64,000 nt of DNA. Source: Paramoeba atlantica. Taxonomy: Eukaryota > Protista > Discosea. The translations under genes were made by a program, and so were the position numbers. Below, piece after piece: positions 19,752 to 30,817 of the stretch. Position 1 is the first letter of the stretch; every line of letters begins with the position of its first letter. The notes beneath the pieces were generated by a model, which was not told the origin of the DNA, searched no databases, and saw nothing but the letters and a program-made list of their open reading frames with translations. The stretch lies in NCBI GenBank assembly GCA_977017575.1, contig CDRNVI010000071.1:62001-126000 (forward strand), in the 5' to 3' direction.

Positions 19752-20951
19752 TACCTGTTCAATGGTTTTACTGTAGTCTAACCCATCCATAGGGTTACTC
19801 TTTAAATATGATTTCTTTTTTAGTCTCTTCGTTAAACCCGTGGTTGTTTCAACTTAGAGGGGTGACTCTGGGTGGGAGCGCCCGGGAGCGCCTAGGATAT
19901 CTTTCGTCAAAAATTTCTTCCTTAGTTTTTTAATATTTTTTTCTTCAATCGGAAGATACAGAAATCATGCTACTGGAATTCTATTCTGCAGGACTTAAAC
20001 GAGGGTTTGGGCATGTAATACACGTTAATGATGCATTTTGCTAGGATTTTTCCAACTTTTTTCGTGAAAATCCGTGCTTGGCGGGGCCATCCTGCGGATA
20101 TCAGGGGGGGTCACCCCCACGTGGGGTTGTAAAATTTGTTCACTTTTTTTTAACAATCGAGGGTACAGCGGTAGTTAAACAACCACAGCAACACGCCTAA
20201 CGTTAAGACCGTCCAAGCGATGGGCTTTTCTTGGTCGAATGAGCAGAGCGTTGTAGGATCGGACTGCGTCAGAGTCTATGTTAGCTCACCCGCTAAAACT
20301 CCACTATCCCAGATTGTTGGTCCAGGACGGTCCTGGCTGGAGAAACGATTTTTTTTACGCTTTTGACCACAGCTTGCACGAGTGTAGTTCCACCTCCACC
20401 GAGGTTACAAGATTGACACGCGGGAAAAGGTTGTGCTAACAACGTATTCCCGGCGATGGACTTGCCGCGCCGTCTTACAACCCAGGAACGCGGTTAACGA
20501 TTCCACGAATAGGGGTTAAACAGGAATAGGAATGGACAAATCCCTGCAGCTAACTGGAAGTCCTTACTTCGGAAAGCTGGGGTCGCCACGCCCCATCACC
20601 GACGACAGCCCAACACCGGTCTCCCTTTCTAACTCTTTGTCATGTTAGCCCAGCACGTTCCATCCAAGGGACATTGAGGATTCTGGACCTCTTTGCGAAA
20701 ATCATTTCACCAAGTCGGATCTCCGTAGAAGTTTACTGGGAGCGCCTGGGAGCGCCCGGGCAGGAGTCACCCCTCTTAGAAGGCACCACCTCTGCGCTCC
20801 TCGCATTGAATACCACCTCCAATCTAATCGAACTTAAAGGGTTCCCACGGATAAATTTCGACGAAACATATTTTTTTATCACACTCTCGTGACACAAGGT
20901 GTGGGAAACATCCTGCGGAGAGAACGCATTATGGATCCCTCAGCGAGATTG

Positions 20952-22421
20952 TCACTTTTTCTTTTCCACCCTACACCAAACTTTGATGTTCTTTTTAAAT
21001 TGACTCCATAATCTTTGTGTCCTACTGTTTGATTTTAGTTTCTTGCCATCCCATGCATGCTTTATTAGATCTGTATCTTCAACAACAAAAGGTGGGCCGG
21101 GTATGGTAGCCATAAAATTTCGAAACGACGCCTTCATTTCAGAAATTCGCTGACAACTGTCATCAGGAGTCTTCATTACGGGACTGGAAATCTGTGAAGC
21201 AAATCGATGAGCGGACACGTGATGATTCGTTGGGTGAAGGCTTCTCTCCCTGTCAGACACCCTCTGAATATTTTCACCGGGTAATTCTTCTATTCTTTGA
21301 GTTTTTAAAGTAGAGGGTGTTGTTAGACCCCTGGTAGGCTGCGATAATGGTATTTGGTCGCTCACAATCCCTTTTTGTCTCATTTCTTGTTTAGTGGAAC
21401 TCTGTCGAATCTGGAAGCTACCATTTTGTGTATATTGTGGAGTGGTTTGTGGTATTTTTTCTTGAGGAGAAAAGTTCAAGTTTCTTCGAACCAGAGTCGT
21501 CGAGTTTTCGGTGTTCGTTGGACCATTACACCGTGCATTTCGATGAAAATTTCCTTGAGTCGTTTCTATTTTTGAAGAAAAGACGTTGACGGGAATATAA
21601 GGTTCCGGAGAGAGACTCTGTTTTTCCTGGCTTGAAAACACAGAAACGTTTGTTCGCGGAAGTGAAAAACGTGTCGGCCCTGGTACCTCAAAGTTGGGTG
21701 AGAATTCTCGCCGAGAGAGACTGCGAGCCTCAGAAAACGATACGTTCCTTTGCTGCATTTGAAGTTGTTTTCTAACTAATGTTTTCTGTACCTCAATTGA
21801 ACCTGAGGAAACCTGCTGCGGGAAAGCCTTTTCAGCATCTCTGCGAGCGTCAACCATAGCTCTAGTAAGGGAGAGACTCTGCAAAGAGTCGCGCTCTATT
21901 CCTCTGGTGGTATGTAGTGCATCCAGGGAGCAAATATCATCCACCTCGCTTAACTCATCTGCCACAGATAATCCACGAAAATTCCCATTTAAAACGTTTT
22001 CTTTAGTCAAATCCTCGGCACTCAGCGAGGCCAGATTCCGAGGTAAGGAAGTGGATGTAATGTTTTGTACGTTTTCGCTTTTGCGTTTTTGAGCGCCTTT
22101 CTGGAGTGATCGGAGAGTTAGATGTTCTGATGACGGGTGGATGTGTTTGGAATTTTCAGTGCTCGATAACTTCAGAGCCTCCTTTGAGGAATTAACTGGA
22201 TCAACGGAGGGTGGAAGCCCTTCTGTCAAATGTGTTCTATCTTCCGTTTTACGAAAAACAGGCTTCCGAGGGGACACCATTCCAGTAAAAACTGTAGGCA
22301 AAGTCATGCCTACACTGCATGTTCTACTGCGTGAACCGTCGGAAGGAGAACCAACTCGATATCCTGGAGGTAAAACGTCGAGATTTAGGAATGCGGCAGT
22401 CTCAGCTGAGAGCGCGTGCAT
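20952..22421 (-). CDS. Hypothetical protein (Ser/Thr/Gln-rich, largely disordered)
   Basis: 489-aa ORF on the polycistron strand; no domain recognised. Confidence 0.7.
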   Translation of the reverse strand: MHALSAETAAFLNLDVLPPGYRVGSPSDGSRSRTCSVGMTLPTVFTGMVSPRKPVFRKTEDRTHLTEGLPPSVDPVNSSKEALKLSSTENSKHIHPSSEHLTLRSLQKGAQKRKSENVQNITSTSLPRNLASLSAEDLTKENVLNGNFRGLSVADELSEVDDICSLDALHTTRGIERDSLQSLSLTRAMVDARRDAEKAFPQQVSSGSIEVQKTLVRKQLQMQQRNVSFSEARSLSRREFSPNFEVPGPTRFSLPRTNVSVFSSQEKQSLSPEPYIPVNVFSSKIETTQGNFHRNARCNGPTNTENSTTLVRRNLNFSPQEKIPQTTPQYTQNGSFQIRQSSTKQEMRQKGIVSDQIPLSQPTRGLTTPSTLKTQRIEELPGENIQRVSDRERSLHPTNHHVSAHRFASQISSPVMKTPDDSCQRISEMKASFRNFMATIPGPPFVVEDTDLIKHAWDGKKLKSNSRTQRLWSQFKKNIKVWCRVEKKK

Positions 22422-23158
22422 TTTTTCGATGTGTGATATAAAATCTTGTGATTTTTATTCAGAAGGTATTTTAAAAGTTAAAATTAATTACACATTGAAC
22501 ATCCAATATACTTTTAACAAGGTCATAATATGTATTGTTGCAACTCATTGTACAAAACGATCACCGCATTTAGATAAGGCTAAAACACATTTCTAGGCAC
22601 CAGTGACCCACGTTTTAACACCATGGGACAACCTACCAAATACCCGTTGATGATGCGTTTCATTATTGTTGAACAACTGCTCTACTCTCGAATAATGGAG
22701 GGTGTGCAGGCAGTACCTGGAGGTTGGTGACGAACAGTTGAGGGGCTGCGAGTGAGGCCCAAATGAGATCACGCAAGATCACGGTAAACGAAATCAGACA
22801 GAATGGTAGCGACAAACGTGCCGCGAGGCGGCGCAAATATATTTACGTGGTTGTGAGATCACGCGAGATCATGCCCGCATCCCCGCAGTTGCAGCGGCAT
22901 TTCTGAGGGGAAGAGTGATTGTTTTTTCGTATAAAGAAAAGAGTCGTTGAAGAGAAGATTTTTCTCTTCATTTTTAAGGTGAAGAACGATTTTCTTTTAA
23001 AGAAAAGAACAGTTAAAGATATCTTTTTTTACCTTGTCGTTTCTCTTAGAGTCGGTAACGATAGGTGTCGACCGGTGGTGAACGTTGTAGGTATTTTTTA
23101 AAGTCGCCAAAGGACCAATCGCACCCTTTCCAGTGCCGGGAACAAGACTGCCACATCT

Positions 23159-24439
23159 CTACGACTCGCCCCCATACTTTACTATTTCTTCCCAACTCGG
23201 AGGAAGTTCTGCAAGCTCAGTGATGCCCTTTTCTACTTCTCTCATCAGCGATGCACAAAATCCACACTCTGTAATATTCTTCTGATAGGAGACACAGTGC
23301 TTCCCTTGTTGCTTACCCCACCCGAGATCTCTATTCTCCAAATGGTTGTGCGATAAATTCACCATCACCCTCGCACGGACCTTTTCAAACGACACGGTGC
23401 CCCATAGATGGTTCGTATCCAGTGAGAGCGTTTGTAGCTTCCGAGGAAGATACCGCAAACACGGAGTTCCATAGAACAAATTATGATTTAGAATCAGTTT
23501 CTCCAGCCCCACAGGGAGCCGTGTGAGATCCAGCAACCCCGTTAACTGATTAAGATACAACGAGAGGTATGTCAACGCCTCCGGGGCGTTGTTTAAATCA
23601 ACCTCCCCGGAGAGCCCACTGTCCGTTACCACACAGTGGGCCAACCCCCGCGGGAGCTCTTCGAGAGCGATCCCACAGGAAAGCTTGTTTTGATGAATCC
23701 CGAGAAGCCGTACGGTTCGGGGAAGACACCCCCAGGAGATATTTCCCCCGAGATTTTGATTGTACCACGCGATGCTGACTACGGTGGAGCTCGCATCACA
23801 GGCTACCCCAGGCCACGCACACACGGAGGCGTGGTGCGTTGCCGTGAAGAACCCGGCGGGGGTGATTTCCCGAACCACCTGGTGCATGGCGAGTTCATCG
23901 GAGAGGAGCGAGGGGGAGACTTTACGTCCCGCTCGTGAGGGGGCGAGAGAAGGGGAGAGGGAGGGGGAGGGGGGAGAGCTCTTCGTGGGATCCACGGGGT
24001 TTGGATTAGGATCCAATAGGCTTTCGTTAGGATCCTGTACGCGATCAGTAGGATCCAGGAAGCTTTTATTGGGATCTATGAGGCGTTTATTAGGATCCAG
24101 TACGCGGTCAGTAGGGTCCAGTACGCGATCAGCAGGACCCACTAAGTTTTTACTAGGATCCAATAGGCTTTCGTTAGGATCCAGTACGCGGTCAGTAGGG
24201 TCCACTATACTTTGAGTAGGATCCAGGAGATTGGAGAGGGAGGCAGAAGAAGAGGTTTCCATTCTACGACGTCGTTTGAGGGGAGGGGGAGAGGCGGTGT
24301 CTTTGGTGGTGGTGGGGACACTGAAGGAAGACACAAGGGAGAAGGAGAGAAAAAACAGAGAAAGTGAGAGAGAAGAGAAGGGGAGAAGAAATGCAGAACG
24401 ATTTATGAGGGATGTGGATGAGGAAGAGGGGGATGACAT
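23159..24439 (-). CDS. LRR protein with N-terminal hydrophobic segment and 7-aa tandem repeats
   Basis: Probable start MSSPSS at 24439; DPTDRVL/DPNESLL heptads; CAWPGVAC cap and LRR repeats. Confidence 0.8.
   Translation of the reverse strand: MSSPSSSSTSLINRSAFLLPFSSLSLSLFFLSFSLVSSFSVPTTTKDTASPPPLKRRRRMETSSSASLSNLLDPTQSIVDPTDRVLDPNESLLDPSKNLVGPADRVLDPTDRVLDPNKRLIDPNKSFLDPTDRVQDPNESLLDPNPNPVDPTKSSPPSPSLSPSLAPSRAGRKVSPSLLSDELAMHQVVREITPAGFFTATHHASVCAWPGVACDASSTVVSIAWYNQNLGGNISWGCLPRTVRLLGIHQNKLSCGIALEELPRGLAHCVVTDSGLSGEVDLNNAPEALTYLSLYLNQLTGLLDLTRLPVGLEKLILNHNLFYGTPCLRYLPRKLQTLSLDTNHLWGTVSFEKVRARVMVNLSHNHLENRDLGWGKQQGKHCVSYQKNITECGFCASLMREVEKGITELAELPPSWEEIVKYGGES
23990..24230 (-). repeat. Coding 21-bp tandem repeat (about 11 units)
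   Basis: taggatcc-anchored units every 21 nt, translating to (L/V)DPxxxx heptads. Confidence 0.85.
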
Positions 24440-24879
24440 GCGTGTTGTGCGGAGGATTGGTGGAACGGCTGGTTTTAGGCGCTGAAAGGATTTCGAAATG
24501 TATATGATGAAAATTAGGTGCGTAAGGAAAATATAAAGTATCCTAGAGAAAGGAATATTACGTTCACCCCCGGACGTAAACCCTCCGAATACTACCGTTT
24601 TTATGAAGACTTTGCTAAGGAAGTATATTTGACTTTGTCTGTTCAAGAGGCAGCCATGGTCTCCGAGTGGAACTTAACCCTCGTCAGTCTTGCTAGAGAT
24701 ACATGTATGTCTTTCAAACTCACAGCTCAAGGTCGGACAAATTGTAGCAAGGGTAAAAAAATCCTTGCACTCAGTGGAGAGTCTGATGAAAAAACCGAAG
24801 TTTTGATTCAACTGAACTCTTGCACTACAACCTACATACCTGTTGTATGTACAACACACAACCTATGATCGCCACTTTT

Positions 24880-25620
24880 ACGCATCCCAGCCATTGAGGA
24901 TTGCTTCCCAATACATTTCGCGACGCACCGGACATCGAGAGCAGTGTCGCTCAAAAAGTCGACAAAACGATGAACAAATTATCTTGACCAATGAGAAAGT
25001 GGACGTGTTGACGGCTGCGCAACAAGAGGTTCAACAAGAGGGTGTGAATTAAGCCAATTAATTAAAAAACTCGACAATGCATTATCATGCTATGTGACAT
25101 GGCGGATTGCATGAATTGGACACTTCGCAACAAGGACGCAGCACCAACTACTCTCGAAGCATCCATAGCAAACCTTGACACTGGGAAGTATTGTGCCTTT
25201 GCGGTTTCCTGGAAGATTTCTATTCGACCTGCGTTGAACGCCCCTGATGTTGCAGGCAACCTTACGGAAACGGGGTGACGCTTTCTGGTCCGTGAGCCAC
25301 ACTTTGTTCTGTGTACATCAATACTTGACGGAGTCCCCATGTCTAGTCGGGGATCAAAAGAACTCGAAACCAAAAGAACTCTACAATGGAAAACACTCCA
25401 CTCAATACTGGACTTTACAGGTTTTGATTATGATGGATGGGTGTCCTTCATCATGGAGCGGGCCATTCGAAGGGCGGATGCACGATAGTGAATGTTTCTC
25501 AAATGCTTCGATTCCTGGATTCTCACATAAAAAAGAGGAGCTCATTATGGCCGATAAGGCGTGAAAACCCTTTGACACGAATACCTCGTACTTTACTAGG
25601 TCGCCTTTCTTGAACATTGA
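24880..25620 (+). pseudogene. Decayed ISL2EU/PIF-Harbinger (DDE_Tnp_4-like) transposase
   Basis: Manual translation across a frameshift: TSILDGVP ... ELYNGKHSTQYWTLQV ... GPFEGRMHD ... ELIMADKA*, the ilDG / YsgKh / G.xhD / aDkgY motif series. Termini not identified. Confidence 0.65.
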
Positions 25621-26121
25621 CTTTTAATTCGTCGGCTGCTTTATAAGAAATGAACGCTAAACAGATCATACGAATCATATAAACATAAAATGTAAAAAGC
25701 CAACTACCATAATAGAAGATAGCAATAAAGAATGTAACACTATTGAGTTTGAATGCTTAGGGATGCAGTTTTCTAAAGAAATCTTTACGATTTTTAGTGT
25801 AGTATTCGCAGTTATGGTGTAAAATAAATTTGTAATGTACTAATTTTTACAAGGAAGAAATCATATCTACATAAAGGAGGTACTTCACTGGTAAGCCCAT
25901 TTCAATCATAGGGACTTCGTCTGCGCTTCAATGTAACGCAGCTTTTGATAAGCCTAAGACCACATTTTCAGACGTACAATAAAATATAGGCAGAGATCGA
26001 AATAAATTCTGATACAAGTTCAAAAAAATACCATGCAGTAGCTGTATCTCCTTTTTCACACTAATCACACGTTTTACTTTCTTAAGGCCTCTAGGCTATT
26101 GCCCCCCCATTTCATCCCTTT

Positions 26122-29100
26122 CTATGGAAGATACACCGGGGCAACCCCAAAAGTGGCTAAATACAAGAACCCCACAACCACCACCCCGACAAGAAACAAC
26201 AACGTCCGAAGAAACGTTGTGAGTCGCGAGGCATCACGGCGGGGACCCCCACACATGGAGCCCCACATACTTTGTTGTTGCTGGGCCTGATGCGTCGCAA
26301 AGGACGACATGTACGCCGGGGTGGAGCTCCGGGCCCCCCCGAGCCGAGGTCGACGAAAACCCCAATCTCGAGGGACGGGCCCTTTTTCGGGTTCACTCTC
26401 CTTCTCTTCCCCCCCGTGTGTTTCTTCTTCCCCCCCTTTCTCTCCTGCGGACCGTTTCATCGACCCCTCTTTTCGTTGCGGGGTGCTTCCCCCTTTTCTC
26501 CCCACCTCCTCTATCACCACTCCATTGGCATCGTCCCGGATGTCAAAGTACACCAAGGAGGGGGGGAGGTGCAGGTAGGTGTAGAGATTCGTAATCACCG
26601 GGGAGGGGGGGACGGTGGAGTACGCGGACAGCCCCGTCCCCGTCCCTTCTCCCACCCCCTGGGGCTCCGGTGTCTTTGGACGACGAAGCGGGGAGAGAGT
26701 ATGAAACTGGGAGAGCCCCTCCGAGGAGGTGGGCTGGGGCTGGACGAGGGGAAGCGTTCCCCCAGAGGCGTTCTTCGCCCCTCCCTCTTCCACTCCCACT
26801 CCCTCTTCTTCTTCCCCCTCCTCTTTTTCCTGCTCTTTCGAGCGCGTGGATGCAGAAGAGGGAAGGACCCGTCGGGGGGTGACCCACAGCGGAGCACTGC
26901 CGGGGGTAAGGGGGTGGGGGGTGGCGGAGGGTAGGACCTCGAGACCGCTTTGGTGGAGCAGCCGGGGGTTGGCTTTGAGTTTTAAGGACTGGAGTTGCTG
27001 CGGGAGGAGCTGGGTCCACGGGGGAGGGGGAGAAGCCTCACGGGCTTCTCCCGAGTTTTGGGCATTTTTGGCGTCCTTGGTCGAAAGGGACATGTCCAAG
27101 TCATTCTCACTGAGGTCCAGGGAGAGGAGAGAGGAGGGGATCTGGGTGAGGAGGTGGGGGAAACTGCCGTAGAGCCCGGTGCGTTGGAGCCCGAGATAGT
27201 TCAGTGGGGAGCGAAACAACCCAGGGAGAAGGTTCTCTACTCGTGCGGGACGCAGCCCACGGTTGCGGGACACATCCAGGTGACCCAGTGAAGGGGGAAG
27301 AGGGGAGGTCTGTTGTGACAACCCTCCGTCTAGCTCTTTCTCCTCCATCCCGGGTGAGGAACGCGCAGAAGCTTTTCCTGCACCAAAAAACCCGAAGAAC
27401 GAGCCAAAAAACCCCGCCGGGGACTGTCCAACGTGCTCCAGACTTCCAGAGAGGCGATTCGAGGCGAGGTCGGCGGAGATCAATCCCCGTGGCAACCTTG
27501 CAAGCACCGTGCCCAGATCCCCGCGGAGATCATTGTGGCTCAGCCCAAGATAATGCAACTCATCGGGAAACAACACTCGCTCCAAATGTCCCGTTAAGCG
27601 GTTCTCGCGCAGCCCCAGGTGGGTTAATCCCGGGGGCAGGGCAAGTTTCTCCAACCGCCCCGACAAATTACATCGCCGTAACGCGAGATAGCGCAACCCA
27701 ACAGGCAACTCCAACACCTCCACATCCCCCGAAACCTCATTCTCCGCCATATCCAAACACGCCAGTGAGGGATGCAACACCATCGTCTCCAGCCTCCCCG
27801 TCAACCCATTCCCTCGCAGCCCTAGATACGTCAACCCCCTCGGCAGCCGCACCTTCCCCACATCCCCCACCATCCGGTTCCCGCCCATATCCAGGCAGCT
27901 CAGCCCCGGGGGCAGCCCCACGGCCTCCAGCGAGCCCCCGATTTCATTGTTCCGGGCGCCCAGGTAGTGCAGCGTGTCCGGCAGCCCCCACTGCGCCACG
28001 TCCCCCGTGAGATGGTTGTCCCGCACGTCGAGGTACTCTAGGCCAGCGGGGAGCGTCCAGGCACAGAGGTCCCCGGTGATTCGATTATGGCGCAGGCTGA
28101 GGTAACGCAGCCCGGGGGGGAGGGCTAAGGCACTCAGCCCCCCCTCGAGCGCACAGGACCGCAGCGCGAGGTGGCGAAGCAGCGGGGGGAGGGGGGAGGG
28201 GGCCGTGGAGAAGGCGGAGAGATTGCCGTGCAGGAAATTGTCCCCGAGATCGAGATGGGTGAGACGCGGGAGGTGGGAGGGGGAGGAAGGGGGGGCACTC
28301 CCCTCCAGGTGGATGGACGAGGAGGAGACCGAGGAGCTACTGGAGGGGGGGAGGTTTTGGGTGCTGCTACGTCCGGGGGGGAGCCAACGGGAGGAGGAAG
28401 TGCTGCTGCTCGCGCTGCTGGCCCCGCTGCCTGCTGCACTACCCCCGGAGGTACGGTAGGCGTTTTGTTGTAACAAAGTTGCCTCGGGGAAGAGGAACTG
28501 GGCGACGTCACCTTCTAGTTTGTTGTTGTGGAGGTCGAGATAGGTGAGTGCGGGACTGAGGACGGGTACGAGTTTCGTAAGGGCACCACAGAAAGCGTTA
28601 CGGCTTAAATCCAGGTGAGCTAATTGTGGGGGAAGGAACGAGGCGAACGCGTTAACATTCCCCTCCAGGAGGTTCCCCCCGAGGTCGAGATAGGACAGCG
28701 CAGGGGGAAGGGAGACCTTCTCCAGATTCCCCCGGATGTTGACGTTCTCACTAAGGTCGAGATAAGATAGTCGTCGCGGGAGGACAGTCTTCTCCAGATT
28801 CCCCCCAACCCCGCATCCACGAAGCCCTAGGTGAGTGAGGGTCATGGGCAGCGGCAGCTTCTCCAGCACACTCCCAGTGAAATCATTCCCGCTGAGATCC
28901 AGACGCACAGCGTGGCTTGGGGGGTGGAATGCAGCAAGAGAGCCATGAAGCCCCGCGGAGAGCAACCCGAGGGCTTTTAACTTTCGAGGCAAAGCAAGAT
29001 CCTGTAGGGCGCCACTGAGTCGGTTATGACTTAGCACTAGACTACGGAGGCTGTCGGGGAGCTCCAGAGCCTTCGCCTCCCCGGTGAGATCACAGCCACT

Positions 29101-30534
29101 CAGGTGGAGGGTCTGCAGCCGAGGGGGGAAGACAAGCTCGGGGAGGGGACCCGTCAGCAAGGGGAGCTCGCTGAGCATCAGCAGCTGAAGTCCATCCGGG
29201 AGGGAGAGGTGCTGGATGTGACCCATGAGTTCTACATTTCCACTGAGGTCGAGGAATTGCAGACCGGAGGGAATCCACGGGATCCAGTCCCGGTCCTGGT
29301 AACGGGAGGGAGAGGATACAGAAGAGGACGACGACGACGAAGATGAATCATCCTCTTCCCCCTCTTCCTTTCCCTCTTCCTTTCCCATTTCCTCCTTTAC
29401 TTCCCCTTCCTTCTTCTCCGGTTCCGTGAACCACCCCCTCAGCCGGTTGTGTTGCAATGCGAGGTGATTCATATGGCCCGGGAACTTCGTTTTACGAAGC
29501 TCCCCGGTAAACCGGTTAAACCCGAGGTCGAGGAAACACAAGCTTGGAGGGAGCGGGACATTTTCCAAGGATCCCCCAATCGCGTTATGGTGAAGCCCCA
29601 GGTGCGTCACCCCTGGAGGTAGTGGGGGACGCAGCGCACTCAGGTCCCCCGTGATACGGTTGGTGCTGAGATCAAGATAGGTGAGACCGGCGGGGAGGGG
29701 CGGGAGATCTTCCAGGAGTCCCTCGAGACGGTTCTCTGCGAGATCCAGGTCGGTGAGACCGTGGGGGAGGGGAGAGGGAAGGGAGGAGAGTCGACCACGG
29801 AGCCGGTTACGGCTAAGGTCAAGGTGGGTGAGGTCGGGGGGAAGGGACCAGGGGAGGGGGTCCTGGTGGGAAGAGGGTAGGGGGTGGTCGGGGGTGTGGA
29901 GGGTTTCAGGGGTGTCGGCGTCTTGTTCATCTTGTTCACCTTCTTGTGAAATGTGACGGCGGGGGGTTTCTTTCTGTGGGATACGGTGGGCGTCGAGGTT
30001 GATCTCTAGCTGGTTGTTGCTGAGATTCAGCACGCGTAGCCGGGTGGGGAGGTGGCGTAGGTCGAACTCACCGCGAAGGTTGCGTCCCTCCCAGCGAATC
30101 TCCGTGACAAAATACTTCTCGTTTTTCGCGGTGAATTTGCTGATGTTCTCAGAGGGCTTGTGGGCATCCGATTTCGCCTTGCGTGGGGTAAGCACGTTGG
30201 GGTCCTGCTCGCATGTAACGCCCTCCCACAGGCAGACTGGGTGGTGCGCATTCCAAGTGAAGTGGAGACTCCGTTTACGAAGCTTGGAGACCAATGCAAC
30301 AAGGCTTTCCAGGTCCGTTCGTGATGAAGCCAAGGAGGAGGCTACGGGAGGACTCAAGCTCAACTCGTGCACATCAGACGTGATAAGGGAGTGGGTAGCG
30401 GGACAAGAGAGAGATTGGGAAATTGATTTTGTGAATTTCCAGTTTGAAGACAGGAGACAAATGAATGCAAATACCGAGGTAAGAGAAGAGAGAAAACGTT
30501 GCGGTGCAAGCATTCGCGTTGTCTTGTTTGCCAC
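26122..30534 (-). CDS. Large LRR protein (1470 aa) with N-terminal hydrophobic segment and C-terminal TM-like segment
   Basis: VCLWEGVTC cap, more than 25 LPxxLxxLDLxxNxLxG repeats, C-terminal LLFLVGVVVVGFLYLATF. Confidence 0.9.
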   Translation of the reverse strand: MANKTTRMLAPQRFLSSLTSVFAFICLLSSNWKFTKSISQSLSCPATHSLITSDVHELSLSPPVASSLASSRTDLESLVALVSKLRKRSLHFTWNAHHPVCLWEGVTCEQDPNVLTPRKAKSDAHKPSENISKFTAKNEKYFVTEIRWEGRNLRGEFDLRHLPTRLRVLNLSNNQLEINLDAHRIPQKETPRRHISQEGEQDEQDADTPETLHTPDHPLPSSHQDPLPWSLPPDLTHLDLSRNRLRGRLSSLPSPLPHGLTDLDLAENRLEGLLEDLPPLPAGLTYLDLSTNRITGDLSALRPPLPPGVTHLGLHHNAIGGSLENVPLPPSLCFLDLGFNRFTGELRKTKFPGHMNHLALQHNRLRGWFTEPEKKEGEVKEEMGKEEGKEEGEEDDSSSSSSSSSVSSPSRYQDRDWIPWIPSGLQFLDLSGNVELMGHIQHLSLPDGLQLLMLSELPLLTGPLPELVFPPRLQTLHLSGCDLTGEAKALELPDSLRSLVLSHNRLSGALQDLALPRKLKALGLLSAGLHGSLAAFHPPSHAVRLDLSGNDFTGSVLEKLPLPMTLTHLGLRGCGVGGNLEKTVLPRRLSYLDLSENVNIRGNLEKVSLPPALSYLDLGGNLLEGNVNAFASFLPPQLAHLDLSRNAFCGALTKLVPVLSPALTYLDLHNNKLEGDVAQFLFPEATLLQQNAYRTSGGSAAGSGASSASSSTSSSRWLPPGRSSTQNLPPSSSSSVSSSSIHLEGSAPPSSPSHLPRLTHLDLGDNFLHGNLSAFSTAPSPLPPLLRHLALRSCALEGGLSALALPPGLRYLSLRHNRITGDLCAWTLPAGLEYLDVRDNHLTGDVAQWGLPDTLHYLGARNNEIGGSLEAVGLPPGLSCLDMGGNRMVGDVGKVRLPRGLTYLGLRGNGLTGRLETMVLHPSLACLDMAENEVSGDVEVLELPVGLRYLALRRCNLSGRLEKLALPPGLTHLGLRENRLTGHLERVLFPDELHYLGLSHNDLRGDLGTVLARLPRGLISADLASNRLSGSLEHVGQSPAGFFGSFFGFFGAGKASARSSPGMEEKELDGGLSQQTSPLPPSLGHLDVSRNRGLRPARVENLLPGLFRSPLNYLGLQRTGLYGSFPHLLTQIPSSLLSLDLSENDLDMSLSTKDAKNAQNSGEAREASPPPPWTQLLPQQLQSLKLKANPRLLHQSGLEVLPSATPHPLTPGSAPLWVTPRRVLPSSASTRSKEQEKEEGEEEEGVGVEEGGAKNASGGTLPLVQPQPTSSEGLSQFHTLSPLRRPKTPEPQGVGEGTGTGLSAYSTVPPSPVITNLYTYLHLPPSLVYFDIRDDANGVVIEEVGRKGGSTPQRKEGSMKRSAGEKGGEEETHGGEEKESEPEKGPVPRDWGFRRPRLGGARSSTPAYMSSFATHQAQQQQSMWGSMCGGPRRDASRLTTFLRTLLFLVGVVVVGFLYLATFGVAPVYLP

Positions 30535-30817
30535 AATAAAGTTCGATAAGCGAAGTAAAGGAAAAAAGTACAGACGTCAATTATCTACAAGCACATTTCA
30601 ATTTATATTTTTTATAAATATAAATTATAGAACTTTTGCGTTTGTATTTATAATTTTCTTCTTTTAATAATTTATGAAAATTAATTTGCAGAGGTACCGG
30701 TTGACGTCCCTACTATTTTGAGAAGATTTTGGCGAAATAAATATTTCGTTAGTTAATATTCCAATGATTTTTATTGCATTAATAAGTACTTTGACGGCAA
30801 TTAGCCAGAAATAACAA

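Noticed and set aside
23990-24230. Regularly spaced repeats resembling a CRISPR array
   Set aside because: Contiguous 21-bp coding units in frame with an LRR protein; no unique spacers, no cas genes, eukaryotic context.
24440-24646. Upstream extension of the LRR ORF 23159-24646
   Set aside because: AT-rich, intergenic-like sequence; MSSPSS at 24439 is the more plausible start.
24640-25640. TIRs for the ISL2EU/Harbinger relic (ggcagcc / ggctgct)
   Set aside because: Match is too short and no target duplication was found.
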